DNA of 63,936 bases, filler included, from Octopus bimaculoides (GCF_001194135.2; 4 parts of 3 records of this genome joined end to end with filler, not necessarily neighbours in it); one strand, 5' to 3'; numbered from the whole stretch's first letter, positions 39,569 to 52,554 are shown. Notes: generated by a model not told the origin, from the letters alone. Made by a program: numbers and translations.

Positions 39569-39885
39569 ATAGGCGCAGGAACCTTGAGTAAGTGTCTCTC
39601 CTACTATAGCCTCGGGCAGACCAAAACCTCGTGAATGGATCTGGCAGACGTAAACTGAAAGAAGCTCGTCGTACTCTTAGTTTTAGAATGGTGGCAGCTG
39701 ATGAAGGAAATGTTCTCTATGTGGCCTGTGTGTTTTCTGTGCTCTGTTTATCATTTTGTCCACGTTTTTTTTGCAACGTCCTGTACCCAGATATGCATCT
39801 ATATATACATGTAGATGTAGGTATGTACATACATGTACGTATATATGTATATATGCATATGCTCACATATTATATGTATTATATG

Positions 39886-39938
<53 letters not shown>

Positions 39939-40138
39939 TATGTATTTGTGTGTCTGTGTTTGTCCTCCAACCTATGTTGGTGTGTTTACGTTTCCGTAAC
40001 ATTAGCGGTTCGGCAAAAGAAACCGATAGAATAAGTACTAGTCTTACAAAGAATAAGTCATGGGGTCGATTTGTTCGACTAAAGGCGGTGCTCCAGCATG
40101 GCCGCAGTCAAATGACTGAAACAAGTAAAAGAATAAAC
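39569..40138 (+). mobile_element. SINE family B copy with head deletion, internal insertion and expanded microsatellite
   Basis: Family B blocks at 39569-39672 and 39950-40138, with foreign sequence at 39673-39790. Confidence 0.85.
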
Positions 40139-41220
40139 GAATAGTATGTGTGTGTGTGTGTGTGTGTACGTGTGTGTGCACCTTAATGTAGGCTTTATAC
40201 GTAATTCGTGAGAACACATACATGCATTCACAAATCTGCGTGGTAATGGAGGAACAGAATAGTGAGATCGTATAGAAAATTGGAAGAGAGATGGTGGTGC
40301 GGCAATATAGAGAAAAGCAAAGGATTTGGACAACATATGTCAAGTAGAAGCTTTGGTATATGATGTTTCCTCGAAAATCACGTAGGCGAATGGGTGGGTT
40401 CGCGCACGTGAGGGAGCCATAAAGAGAGAAAGAGTACGAGAGAGAGAGAGGGGAGCGAAAGAGAAAGAGAGAAGAAGAGATAGAAAGACAGACAAATTAC
40501 ATGTACATGCTTGTGTGTTCTTTTGTTATAGCTGCCTATCTGACTTTCTATAGCTCAATATATGTAGTGTGTCTGTGTTCGTGCGTGCGAGTACGCGTAT
40601 GTATGTACTTATGCTATGTATGTGCGTATGTATGTATGCATGTATGTATGTATATGTGTATGTATGTATGTATGTATGTATGTATGCGTGCGTGTCCTTG
40701 GCTCAGCTAAAGTGGTTGTTTGTTTCCACACAGCTAGCATCTCAGAGCTTAACTTTACGTCGTAAGAGTCCTTCAGGAAAATCTCGGTTAACTGTTTGAT
40801 TCCAGTTGACGAAGACAAACTTAAAACAGTAGCAGCAGCGGTGGCAGCAGCAGCAGCAGTAGCAGCAGCAGCAACAACAACAAAAACAAAGCAATGATAG
40901 CGTTCACAAGAAGAAGAACAACAACAAAATACAAAACTATTTCATCAATTACAGAAAATTTAACAAACGTCCCAAACATGGCCACTATGAGTGTGTGTGC
41001 TCGTGTGTGTGTGTGCTCGTGTGTGTGTGTGCTCGTGTGTGTGTGTGCTCGTGTGTGTGTGTGCTCGTGTGTGTGTGTGTGTGTGTGTACGTTTGTGATA
41101 AACTACATAAATTACACATACACACACACATTGAAGGATCTCCTTCTCTTCATATACTTAAACGCACACACGCGTATATATATAATGATATATACTTATA
41201 TGTGTACATATATATGTATT

Positions 41221-41265
<45 letters not shown>

Positions 41266-41549
41266 GTTCACATACATACATATATATATATATATACATA
41301 CACACATATTTATACATATACATAATGCATATATACATGCACCACATATATTTATACATATACATATATATCTATATACATACTTATATATACATATACA
41401 CATACATATATGTATGTATGTGCATGAAAACAAAAATTACAAACAAACAAATACTCACACACCACTTGGCTGGTGCATATCATTGGTAAAGCAAAGCAAC
41501 ATGAAAAAGGAAGAAACAAAGCGATGCTGTATGTGTGTGTGTGTGTGTG

Positions 41550-41649
41550 NNNNNNNNNNNNNNNNNNNNNNNNNNNNNNNNNNNNNNNNNNNNTTAATTA
41601 ATTAANNNNNNNNNNNNNNNNNNNNNNNNNNNNNNNNNNNNNNNNNNNN
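41550..41649. other. Artificial scaffold join (44N + TTAATTAATTAA + 44N)
   Basis: Linker at 41594-41605. Confidence 0.95.
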
Positions 41650-41745
41650 ATAGAATAAGTCCTGGAGTCAATTTTTTTGACTAAAAGGTAGTGATCCAGC
41701 ATGGCCACAGTCAAAATGACTGAAACAAGTAAAAGAATAAAAGAA
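41650..41745 (+). mobile_element. 3' end of a SINE family B copy
   Basis: AGAATAAGTCCTGGAGTC...CCAGCATGGCCACAGTCAAAATGACTGAAACAAGTAAAAG. Confidence 0.85.
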
Positions 41746-42139
41746 TATTTGGAGTAATAGTAATTTCTGATTTAGGTACGAAGCCAGTAATTTTGAGAAG
41801 GAGACGTTTAGTTAATATTGTTGGTTTGTAGTTTTGGTCATTTGTTGGTTGGTATTAGTTAGCTGCGTGACATTCCATAACATATAATGGATGAAAAGGT
41901 TTTAGTGTCATGTAAGGGGCAGGAATAGTGTTTGTCATAATTGAAGAATTCCTTTCTACTTTGGGCTGAATTTCAGCAAAGGAAAACTTGAGGTGCTTAT
42001 GCTGTGAAGAGATGCTTTCTCTGCTAATGAAGTAGTTGGCTACCATGCATAAGTATGTGGTGTGCATATTGAATCCTTCCCCACCTCTCACTGATGCTGG
42101 TAGGTTTTTGGCTTTTATAACATTAAAAGCATGGGAATA

Positions 42140-42475
42140 TGAGGTGATATTAAAAAGTTTCTGGGCTAGTTATATAGTGTGTCAACAGATGGTAGCACAT
42201 GGTTGCATGTGCAGTGAGAGCTAGCAGTGATCTTCATGAGGCAGTGGTGCCAAGTGACATTGCTGTGTTTACTTCACAAGTTGTGAAATTTATGTATTTG
42301 TTATCATATGTATGCTGTAGTCTGTGGCTTTCGTCATGGACAGGAAGTCGGAACAAAGAGCCAATGTGAAATTTTGCATTAAACTTGGGAAGCTTGCTAC
42401 AGAGACATTGAGCATGCTTTGGCAAGATTACGGTGACAAGTCAATGGGTCATATGCAATGTTTTGAGTTTCATAC
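42140..42475 (+). mobile_element. 5' fragment of a mariner transposon
   Basis: TA followed by TGAGGTGATATTAAAAAGTTTC (mariner TIR-like). The ATG at 42336 gives MDRKSEQRANVKFCIKLGKLATETLSMLWQDYGDKSMG, a typical mariner N-terminal HTH. Confidence 0.85.
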
Positions 42476-42669
42476 TATGGAAAGACAATAATTTGGCAGA
42501 TTTATGTAGTGTGTTTCATGCCTCCAAGCAATCCCTCAGGCTGAATACACATGACTGGTTTTATTTGAAAAATAGGATATTGATCTATGAGAAAACATGA
42601 CAATAAATGAGAAGAAGGTTGATGCAAAAAGAAAAGAAACCCCATACATGATTTGCAAACTTAGTGGCT

Positions 42670-42912
42670 TTACATTGACAAAAATAAAGCTACTAAGTTG
42701 GCTAGCCATATGTGGGATCTAATGGTCAACTGCACACCACATGCAATTCAAGTGGAGCAATGTGGAGAAGTCTATGCTATATATACATGAATCAAAGAGA
42801 TGCAAGCTGTGTGTAGGTGAAAGAGCACACATTATTTTCAGATCTACTTAATTCCAGACCTGAAATTTTTAGAAACTGCAAGCACATGGTCAAATTTCTT
42901 TTGTCGAATACC
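42670..42912 (+). mobile_element. Penelope-like GIY-YIG endonuclease C-terminal fragment
   Basis: Frameshifted reading gives KATKLASHMWDL...KRCKLCVGE...LNSRPEIFRNCKHMVKFLLSN, matching the PLE C-terminal CxLC..LNxRxE..CxH pattern. Confidence 0.75.
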
Positions 42913-43289
42913 ACAACCTCTCCAGACTGAGCAACAGTCTCATACAATTTGAACTCTTTCTTGTTGAATTAATCTACACCAGTTAGATTAATTGTCATCT
43001 TGACGTGCAAAGGAGATATAATTCTTAGTTTTTTTTTATTTCATTTTGTTTCTATTTTTATTCACCATTTCTTCTCTCATTTCCCTCTTCTCATTTTTTG
43101 TCATGTTTTCTCATAGACCAGTGTCCTGTTTTTCAAATGAAATCTGCCATGTGTATTCAGCCTGAAGGATTGCATGGCAACACAAGACATGCTACATAAA
43201 TCTTCCAAATTACTGTGTTTCCATGGCAAGAAACTATTAGTGGCTCATATTTAAATATTGTGTATATTAAATAATATATAGATATATGT

Positions 43290-43535
43290 GTGTTTATGAT
43301 TATGTTTGTGTCTCTTTGTCTTGACAACTTGCAATAGTTGTAAACGAGTGTCACTGTCATACAAGCAGTGTCATTCATTTTCCAAATTCTGTGAAAACGT
43401 CTGCCTGTGAAGAAATATTATCTTTCTTGGAAACAGGTGAGGGTTGGTAGCAGGAAGTGTATTTGGCAGTAAAAAGTCTGCCTCAATAGATTTTGTCTGT
43501 CTAACCCATGCACATGGACATTAAGATGATGATAA
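43290..43535 (+). mobile_element. Retroposon 3' end (RTE-type tail)
   Basis: GGTTGGTAGCAGGAAG...CTAACCCATGCACATGGACATTAAGATGATGATAATG resembles the tail at 54490-54725. Confidence 0.6.
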
Positions 43536-43603
43536 TGATGACATATACATATATATATACATATATACACATACATATGCATATACACACGTATGTATGT
43601 ATG

Positions 43604-43640
<37 letters not shown>

Positions 43641-44280
43641 NNNNNNNNNNTATATATATATATATATATACACATATATATATTCATTGCTGTTGATTCC
43701 ATAGTAGTCTGTTTTATTATTATCGTCATTATCATTATTATTATTGTTGTTGTTGCTGTTGTTGCTACGTATGCTGCAATAACATTCTTTGACAAACATG
43801 AAGTAAATATTGCAGTCAGATTCATTGCTAGCTTTTCTTGAATATTTTTCAGCATTCTTATGTGTTATCATTGATCATTGCTACAAGGGTCATAAATTAC
43901 TTCATATTCATCAAAGTATAATGAAAGAATGATGCGAATAAAATTCCATTAACAAAAAAAAAGAAAAAGAAAAAAGAAAAATCCTAAACAAAAAAACAAA
44001 ATTTAAGTTCTGTTTATTTGAATAAAATGATGGAATCAATTTCTAAAAATTACTTCAACTTCTAAAGATCTACAAAAAAAAAAAAATGTTAAATAGACGT
44101 AAACAGCGAAAAAATGAAAGTCAGCACAGCAAATGTGTTGCAAGACACCATGACAACAGTATATTTATATATCGTAATATTTAACAACATATTGAGAAAT
44201 GAATGTTTTACTTTAGCAGTCCTTTACATTTAACATTCTTGCTATGAAATCACATCTTGTTCACAATGTGATATATCATA

Positions 44281-44440
44281 TATAAATGTGATATATCATA
44301 TGCAGTTGTGATGTATTACACACAAATGATATACATCATATACAAATGTGATATATCAAATGCAGTTGTGATGTATTACACACAAATGATATACATCATA
44401 TATAGATGCGATATATCATACACAGTTGTGATGTATTATG
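44281..44440. repeat. 60-bp tandem repeat, about 2.7 copies, with 20-bp substructure
   Basis: The rows starting at 44281, 44341 and 44401 are near-identical. Confidence 0.9.
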
Positions 44441-45869
44441 CATTGGAGGATATATATCTTACATAGATGTGATATATCAATCATAACTGTTATATATATA
44501 CCATACGTAAATGTGATATATTGTACATATTTCTGGTACTTCAAACATAAATATGATATACCAAACAGATGTAAAATACTGGCAGAGATATTGTACATAG
44601 AGGATAGGGTAAATGAGACAAAATAGGAAATATATGAATAAAGACTAGAATCCTTTCAAACTAAAAATAAATGTGCATCAAAATAATTATAACAAGAGGC
44701 AAATCCATATAATTTTGAGAGCTGAGATTTCAAGCTGAAACATAAAAACAGTGCAAATAGAAAAATATAATAAACAAGCTTCATTATGAAAGTGGTTGAA
44801 AATTAAATACAAAAGTATGGTGGGGAGAGCTGACAAATAATAGGAAGAAACTGATAGTTCTATAGAAGAAGGCTAGAATTTTACCAGATGGTATCAAACA
44901 CTCAATAAGTTTATATGTTTTTCCAATACATTTTCAAAGGCAAATTTGCTATTAAACCCTTTAAATACAGCAGTCACAAGCTCTAAATATATAGAGCCTT
45001 AACTACAACACACCATTTGTATATTTGATAGTTCTTATAAAGGCCACACTACTATTATCAATGAATCAACACTTTCAAGTCTGCAGCTGTGGGCAACAAC
45101 AATTCTTGAGTTGCAACATAGAGCTATTCTAACTCTACATGCTTTTGGCAGCAAATTCACATTTCAAATCCACAATTTCTGGCAAATTCTGAAGGTGACT
45201 GCATTTAGCTATTCTAACTGAACAGTGCTTTCAGAAAGTTAAAGTGGGAGACATTCAAAGTGTATTGAATGAGAATTTGGGATTTAGTTATTTTCAAGTG
45301 ATTTCAATGTAAACAAAATTTGGAAGACCGCCAGCTGCTCTAGACTTGAAAGAGTTAAACTTCTTAGAAAGTTAAAGTATTAATACTCACTGTCGGAATG
45401 GACTGGTGTTCTTGCCATTTCAGTCATAAACACAACACACTCTTCTCTCTAACACACATAAACATCATGCTCCATTGAAAAAGTTAGGAACTGTTCAAGT
45501 TTGTGGTGAACTAAATTAGCAGGCTTGCATTAGCATTACTCAGGCATGCATAATTTATTATAAGTATCGATGCATCGATTGAATATGTGAATTTGGAGAG
45601 GGGTAGAAACGAATGTGATTTACAGTGAGTAAATTTTATAGAGGCAAATGACATTTGAACAGCAGAACCCTGCAATATTACTGTAGGGAAAGAGGTGTGG
45701 AGGGTAGGGATCACACTAATAGATTTTATTGATCTAAGCACTTGAGAAGGAGCAGATTTATGGCTATATATATATGTATATATATATATGTATGTATGTA
45801 TGCATATATATAGTTGAAATTTATAGAAAAACAAAAGATGAAGACAGGTGTATGAACCACAAGCAAATA

Positions 45870-45921
<52 letters not shown>

Positions 45922-46631
45922 CATATATATAAGATGGACTTTCCTGTTGAAGACAATGTATGACTGTTCAGTGAGAAGGCAGGGAAAAAAAATCCAGTCA
46001 AACAGACAATCAACAACACGCTCACATTACCATTATTACCATTCACCAATGTTTACAATTCATTCACTTCACCTGGTGACTCCTCATTTGAGTCCTCAGG
46101 CCACCAAAGGCAATATGAATACGAGCACAAGCATGACTTATTAAACCAGCACATGATCCAGCTGAGAAATCACAATGTGGACAATATATCTATATATATA
46201 TATATATATATATACAATCAGACAGACACACAGACGAGCAGACAAAGAGACAGACAGGTTTTATATAACAGAATTGTCACTTTACTTCAAACTATTTCTA
46301 GAATAATTTCTATGTGCATACATGTATTAGTGTATGAATATACATATGTTTATAAAATATGTATCAATAAGTCTTAATTTCGTGTTTACAAAGAAACATT
46401 TCCAAATTTCCCACTAATATGTCATCATCTTCTATGAATTCTACCATAATCAGTGGAATTACTTCACCACAGAACTAAATCCCAAAATGTTTCCATAACT
46501 TAAATATTCTAATGTTAGCAAAGTGGATAAATTTTGTTAATATTTGTTGTTTTTGTTCTTTGTTGATATGGAAATAATTTTTCCAGAATCACAACAAAGC
46601 GATACAGTTTTGTTTTTTTAAGCATAAACAT

Positions 46632-47180
46632 CGCGTGCAGGTATGTTTGGGTTGTAAGAAGCTGGCTTCTTAACTACAGGGTTTCAGGTTCAGTCCCACT
46701 ATGTGGCACTCTGGGTAAGTGTCTTCTACTACAACTGCAGACTAACCAAAACCTTATTAGTGGATTTGTTTGGAAGCTGAAAGAAGCCCATTATGTGTAT
46801 GTATGCATGTAGGTATGTATGTATAGATAGATAGATAGATAGACAAATAGATCGGAAGATATATAGATAGATAGACAGACAGATATATATATATATATAT
46901 ATATATATATNNNNNNNNNNTAGATAGATAGATAGATAGATAGATTCATATATATGTATATATATATATATTATTGTGATTGCCTGCTTTTGTTCCCCAC
47001 CATGGCTAGACAACTGGTGTTGGCTTGGATACAACCTCCAAACGAGTGGTTTGACAAAAGAGACTGATAGAATAATTACCAGGTTTAAAAATAAGCACTG
47101 GGGTCAATTCATTCATCTAAAAACCCTTCTAGGCAATGCTATAGTATAGCCGCAGTCCAATAACTGAAACAAGTAAAAGA
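46632..47180 (+). mobile_element. SINE family B copy with expanded internal microsatellite
   Basis: Head GTAAGAAGCTGGCTTCTTAAC..GGTTCAGTCCCAC and tail ACTGAAACAAGTAAAAG. Confidence 0.85.
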
Positions 47181-48270
47181 AAAAACAAAACCATGCCTTG
47201 TGCTACAAGGCAAGAGGGCCAGATATTTTAAAGCTGTCAGTGTAGTCACCCCATCCAAGTATAAAACAAGTTAGAGACTTAGAACATTGATTTATTTTAA
47301 GATGGGTTGGAAAACTTGCTGCAAAACTTACTAATAATGTAAAGCACTTTAAAGTTTCTACACTTTTACTTCTCTTCTAATTATTCCTGAAATATTTTTC
47401 ACTGTGGGAGAGAAATAAGCAATTTACTTTATTTTATTCTTTGGTGATCTGTAGTTAAATCTACAGGTGGATGCTAGAACTATTTTCAAAAGAAAATTGC
47501 TGAAGTACCAAACTTAAATGGCAAACTGCAACTCTCAAATATATCTTGGATATTATACTTCACATAAAATTTATCATCCAAAGCTAAATAATTGTGTAAT
47601 TACTATTAATTACCATTAAAATATTAGTAGAGATAATCTCAGCTGACTGTTTTAATTTGAGTCCTTATGTTTCAATCCTTTACTGGCCATATATTAGAAA
47701 GAGAACATTTGCCAATTAAATTTTTTGTTAAATAATGGAGATTTGGGAAATGTTTAATGTAACATGTTTGTTCATTAGAATATTGAATTGGTGTTTGGAA
47801 CATAATTTTATAATATGAATGCAGAGAATGCACAGAGGCAAGTAAAGAAACGAAATGAGCATGTTCCATTGGATGTGTAATGTTATTGTGCATGAATGGC
47901 TGAGCACAGATTAGCTGAAAGAGGAAATAAGCATTACAGAAATTAGCCAAAAACTAGAAAGAGAGAAGGGACTGAACAAGCACAGACATTTGATGCTTAT
48001 GAATAATGATGGGTGGAAGAAGAGCCAAAGAAGCAAAATAGGATGAGGTGGCAGAAGAGAAAGACTGAGAAAGTTGTGTGAAGAAATGGAGAGTGCTGAT
48101 TTCATGGACATGTTGATATGAAACTGTAACAAGTGAAAAGGCACACAGCACAAGAAGACAAAAATAGACAAAATTATAATGATGAACACAATGGGTGTTT
48201 CTTCACTTTACTAACACACATAGAGGGTCTTAAAGGGTTTAACATATAAAGGTGAATAATGGGTTATTGA

Positions 48271-48656
48271 TACTCTTTTACTTGTTTCAGTCATTTGACT
48301 GTGGCCATGTTGGAGCACCACCTTTAATCGAGCAAATCGACCCCAGGACTTATTCTTTGTAAGCCTAGTACTTATTCTATCGGCCTCATTTGCTGAACTG
48401 CTAAGTTACGGGGACGTAAACACACCAGCATCGGTTGTCAAGCGATGTTGGGGGGACAAACACAGACACACAAACATACACACACATATACGACGGGCTT
48501 CTTTCAGTTTCCATCTACCAAATCCACTCACAAGGCTTTGGTTGGCCCAAGGCTATAGTGGAAAACACTTGCCCAAAGTGCCACACAGTGAGAATGAACC
48601 CGGAACCATGCGGTTGGTAAGCAAGCTACTTACCACACAGCCACTCCTATGCCTAT
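48271..48656 (-). mobile_element. Full-length SINE family B copy
   Basis: Colinear with 25179-25590 and shows CpG-to-TpG changes. Confidence 0.92.
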
Positions 48657-49080
48657 AGAACAGAAAGTCATATATTAGCTAAGTAGTTTTGAAGACATGA
48701 CAAAGATGTTCAATATTTTTGTATCTCTAAATGTTCTATAGAGATCTTTGTCCTTTGTATCTATTTTGATTCTTATTGTTGTTGTAGTTCTTAGCTCCAG
48801 TAAGGATGGACAACTTAGAACATTAAGGGAACCGATTCATTAAGGAATTTAGCACATGGATTATTGGCGTATCTACAATTATGTAAGCCTACATCGATCC
48901 AAGACTACTGAAGTTAAGCCTAACTTTAGATGTGTTGCAAAGTTATAAACTTATAATGTGATAAGCTCATGAAGAATATAATCCAATGTCTCACTCTCAC
49001 AGACAACTAACAACACATTCATATAGACATAAAACACTGCATTTATTATCACACAAACACATATGATGACATTATATACA

Positions 49081-49425
49081 TTATTTACAATTGACGGATA
49101 ATGAGGACTTGACACAGTCCTTAAATCGCAGCCTTGGTTTCTGCTGGAGTCTCCTTCCATTCACAAGTTCTCCATATAGCATCAGCTTAGGAATCCTGCT
49201 ATCCTTCATCCTAATAAGGTGTCCAGTCCATCGTAACCAGTGTTTGTGCACCATTGCCTCAATACTCAAGATATCAGCTGTCCTCAGTACCAGTGTGTCT
49301 GGAATTTTTGAGGTTCAGCCAACATTGAGAATGTATCTGAGACATCTCTGATGAAAACGTTCAAGGACCTTACCCGACGTCTGTACAGAGTCCATGTTTC
49401 ACATAAGTAGAGGAGCTCCTCTACT
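49081..49425 (-). mobile_element. RTE (BovB-like) LINE ORF2 C-terminal fragment
   Basis: LLYLCETWTLYRR..LERFHQRCLRYIL..SIEAMVHKHWLRWTGHLIRMKDSRIPKLMLYGEL..RLRFKDCVK. Confidence 0.92.
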
Positions 49426-50399
49426 CATATACATACATACATGCATACATACATACATACATTCATACATACATACACACACTATAGCTAGTGTAATCTT
49501 TACATACACACGTATACTGCATAACTTCTGTAATCTCTCTCTCTCCCTCTTTCAAATATATATATATATATATGTATTATATACATATATATGTATTTAT
49601 ACTACACAATTATTGAAATTTCTGTCTACTTATGAAAATACTGCATAACTAATGTAATTTCTATTTACATATGCACATACCATCATTGTATTACAGCTAA
49701 ATTTGAATATATTCATCAGAAATCATCGTTCTTTCAATTAAAGGGTGAGCTAAGATTGGTGAGTATTACTAGTTAATGTATAGATTACTTAAATACTGGT
49801 TAGATATTTTGGTGGGCATTTGTGTTCATAATCTGCAGTAGATATTGACTAAATCATTATGTTGGTGTTAGGGGTGGTTCTGACAACAACAATTATGAAA
49901 ATAGTGGTGTTGATAGCACAAGTGGCTATGAAGATAAATAATCTCATTATTCTAAAGAATAAACTGCTATCATTCATAGATTATAAAATTGGTTAGACGT
50001 GTATGTGGCTGTATTTATACAAACAAGATGATGTTGCTTGCATGAGTGATGGAATGAATGAGACAGAGAGAGAGATGAGATACTGCAAGGGGAGGAGGAA
50101 GACCTTGTAAATGAAGCAGCAAACTGGATTATTTACAGAAGACTACAACACTCATATGGTTTCGCATTGTATTCTGCATGCCCAGAGGCAGATCTGAACT
50201 CAGTACCAGAACATAATGAAAGACTTGTAAGGTGTGTAGTAGTGCTGACAGAACAGAATCATGACTTTTCCAATTGTTTGACAGTCTTTCAAAATTCAGT
50301 GTATTTTCATAAACATTTTATTAACAGTTTTTCTATATATTTCGATATTATTATTATTATTATTATTAGTGAAATAGCATAATCATTAGTACAATGGAA

Positions 50400-50585
50400 A
50401 AAAATGTTTAGTGTCATTTTGTTTGTTTTTATGTTCTGAGTTCAAATTCTGCAAAAGTCAACTTTGCGTTTCATTCTCTTAAGGCTGATATGAAATAAGT
50501 ACCAGCTATGCATTGGGGTCAATGAAATCGATTTATCCCCTTCCACAAAATTACAGGCCTTGTGCTTATAGTAGAAAGTATTATT
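50400..50585 (+). mobile_element. SINE family C copy
   Basis: ATGTTCTGAGTTCAAATTCTG..AAGTCAACTTTGC..AATAAGTACCAG..AGGCCTTGTGCTTATAGTAGAAAG. Confidence 0.8.
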
Positions 50586-50919
50586 ATTATTATTATTGAA
50601 TATGTCACAGAGTATCCAGTATTGTGAGGTTGTAGATTGAAGACGTATGCACTAAGGATTTGTGTTATTTTTCAAGTCACAAGGACCTCAGAAAGATGGA
50701 ACTTTATGTAGTATGTGTGCAGTTTCAAATAAACACGATTTTTGCTGTACACCAAGTGTGTAGTGTATTTCTATTATTATTATTCTTATACACACAACAG
50801 ATTTGTTGGAAAAGAAATATCCTAACATCGGTCTACAAGTAACCTTAGATGCCAAGAAACCTCCTTAATATCCTAGCTCTCCCTTATTATTATTATCATT
50901 ATTATTATTATTAGTGTTA

Positions 50920-51145
50920 TGAAGGCAGTGAGCTAGGAGAATTGTTAGCATGCTGGGTGAAATGTTTAGTGGTATTTTGTCTGCCTTCATGTTCTGAATC
51001 CAAATTTCACCGAGGTTAACTTTGCCTTTCATATTTTTGGGGTTGATAAAATAACTACTAGTTGAGTACTGGGGTCAATGTAATTGACTTACCCCCCACC
51101 CACCCAAATTTCAGGCCTTGTGCCCATAGTAGAAAGGATTATTAT
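50920..51145 (+). mobile_element. SINE family C copy
   Basis: GGCAGTGAGCTAGGAGAATTGTTAGCATGCTGGGTGAAATG...TTTCAGGCCTTGTGCCCATAGTAGAAAGGATTATT. Confidence 0.88.
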
Positions 51146-51189
51146 TATTATCATGTTAGTGCATACTAATTTATTTAGCAGGTATTTTG

Positions 51190-51980
51190 TCTTGATATTT
51201 GGTGACAACAAGTATCCTCAAATCTCAAGAATTTTTCTTCGGATTCTTGAAGAATATACTTTTCTGAAGGTCAACAAAACAAGCTGCAAGTTTCAATACC
51301 AATCTCTTTCAGTCTTTTAGGTAACATTTTTGGTGTTATGCCAAGTGTACCAATTTCTACAGGAATAATTGTTGTCTTGGTTTTCTAGTCTCCTCAGTTC
51401 TCTGGCTAGATCCTGATATTTCTCAATTTTTCAATTTCTTTGGTATTAGTTCTGCTTTCAATATGCCCTCTTCTCTAACTATCACTAGCAACGTTTCCTC
51501 ACTTTGGGTTAGATATCTCAGCAAGTTCCATGTTCAGTAAGTATGCAGTCTTTCACATTTATCAGTACCCTTCCTCCATTTACTCTCTTCATGAGTAGAC
51601 AATCAATATCTGTATGAGGATGGTGGGCCCTATATATGGTTAGAAGCTTTCCTCATCTTCCTGTCCAACGCCCTTAGATCATCTTCTTTCCAGTTCAGAA
51701 TTCCAGCTTCATACTCAAATTCTGCTACTGTGTGTGATGTCAAAATCATATCTCTGGCATTCAACTTTGAATTTAATAGATTCTTCAATTGCTGCAGATA
51801 CTGTTTCTTTGTCTTTTTTTTTTTTCATACGATTATGCTTAATCCCATCTGCCTCTTGTATTCCCAGAGATTAATTTCCAGATTCAGGATCAGTTGTTTT
51901 TATCATTTCATTACTTGGTATACATATACCTTCCATTCTGACAAATTTCCTTCACCTCATCACCATTAAAGCACAGTTTG
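51190..51980 (-). mobile_element. Decayed R4/Dong-type LINE (RT end plus restriction-like endonuclease), internally deleted
   Basis: Minus strand gives GIQEADGIKH, LLNSKLNA, AGILNWKEDDLRALDRK, EKYQDLARELRRL, TTIIPVEIGTLGITPK and DLQKS. Confidence 0.85.
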
Positions 51981-52180
51981 AAAGTTCAAACTCCAACTCC
52001 ATATCATTTGAAAAAATCCACATAGACTGGGCTAGAGTGGACTAGACTGACCAGTTCTGGTGCACTTTTTATGAATAACACTTCAAATCATTCATATATA
52101 TAGCAGGCGACTGAGTTTGCTACTATTGTTATTGTTTTAGTAGTAATTGTTGTTGTTGTTGTTGCTGCTGCCATTGCTGC

Positions 52181-52219
<39 letters not shown>

Positions 52220-52220
<1 letters not shown>

Positions 52221-52545
52221 GAGTGAGAGACCAGCACATGCCATCAAAGTGACACGAGGGTACAACTATATGATGCCCAATATACCTATCATGACTACCT
52301 GTCCGATAAGGATATACCAGATACATGCATCACAACCATATGTACACAACATGATGATCCTATATCAAGAATAACAGATTGGTGATTTGGCTCAGTTGGA
52401 ATTTTCTTCAAGTCAAGTAGCCAATCCCACTGGTATTGAGCAGAATATTTGCTGTAGCCCATCTTTTTATACCAAGACAAAACAATGTACATGATAACAC
52501 TTTCAATCAGTTAAGATCAGAAGCCAGGAGAGCCATTATTAATAT
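52220..52545 (-). mobile_element. Second copy of the (TAT)n-associated repeat at 26352
   Basis: Direct similarity to 26352-26615. Confidence 0.6.
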
Positions 52546-52554
52546 CATTATTAT

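Noticed and set aside
45003-45221. 72-codon ATG-less plus-strand frame
   Set aside because: No splice signals or motifs; it overlaps equally weak minus-strand alternatives.
47870-48160. Purine-rich coding-looking stretch (LKEEISITEISQKLER..)
   Set aside because: Stops occur in all frames within about 40 codons; the Tc1 HTH resemblance is too weak to call.
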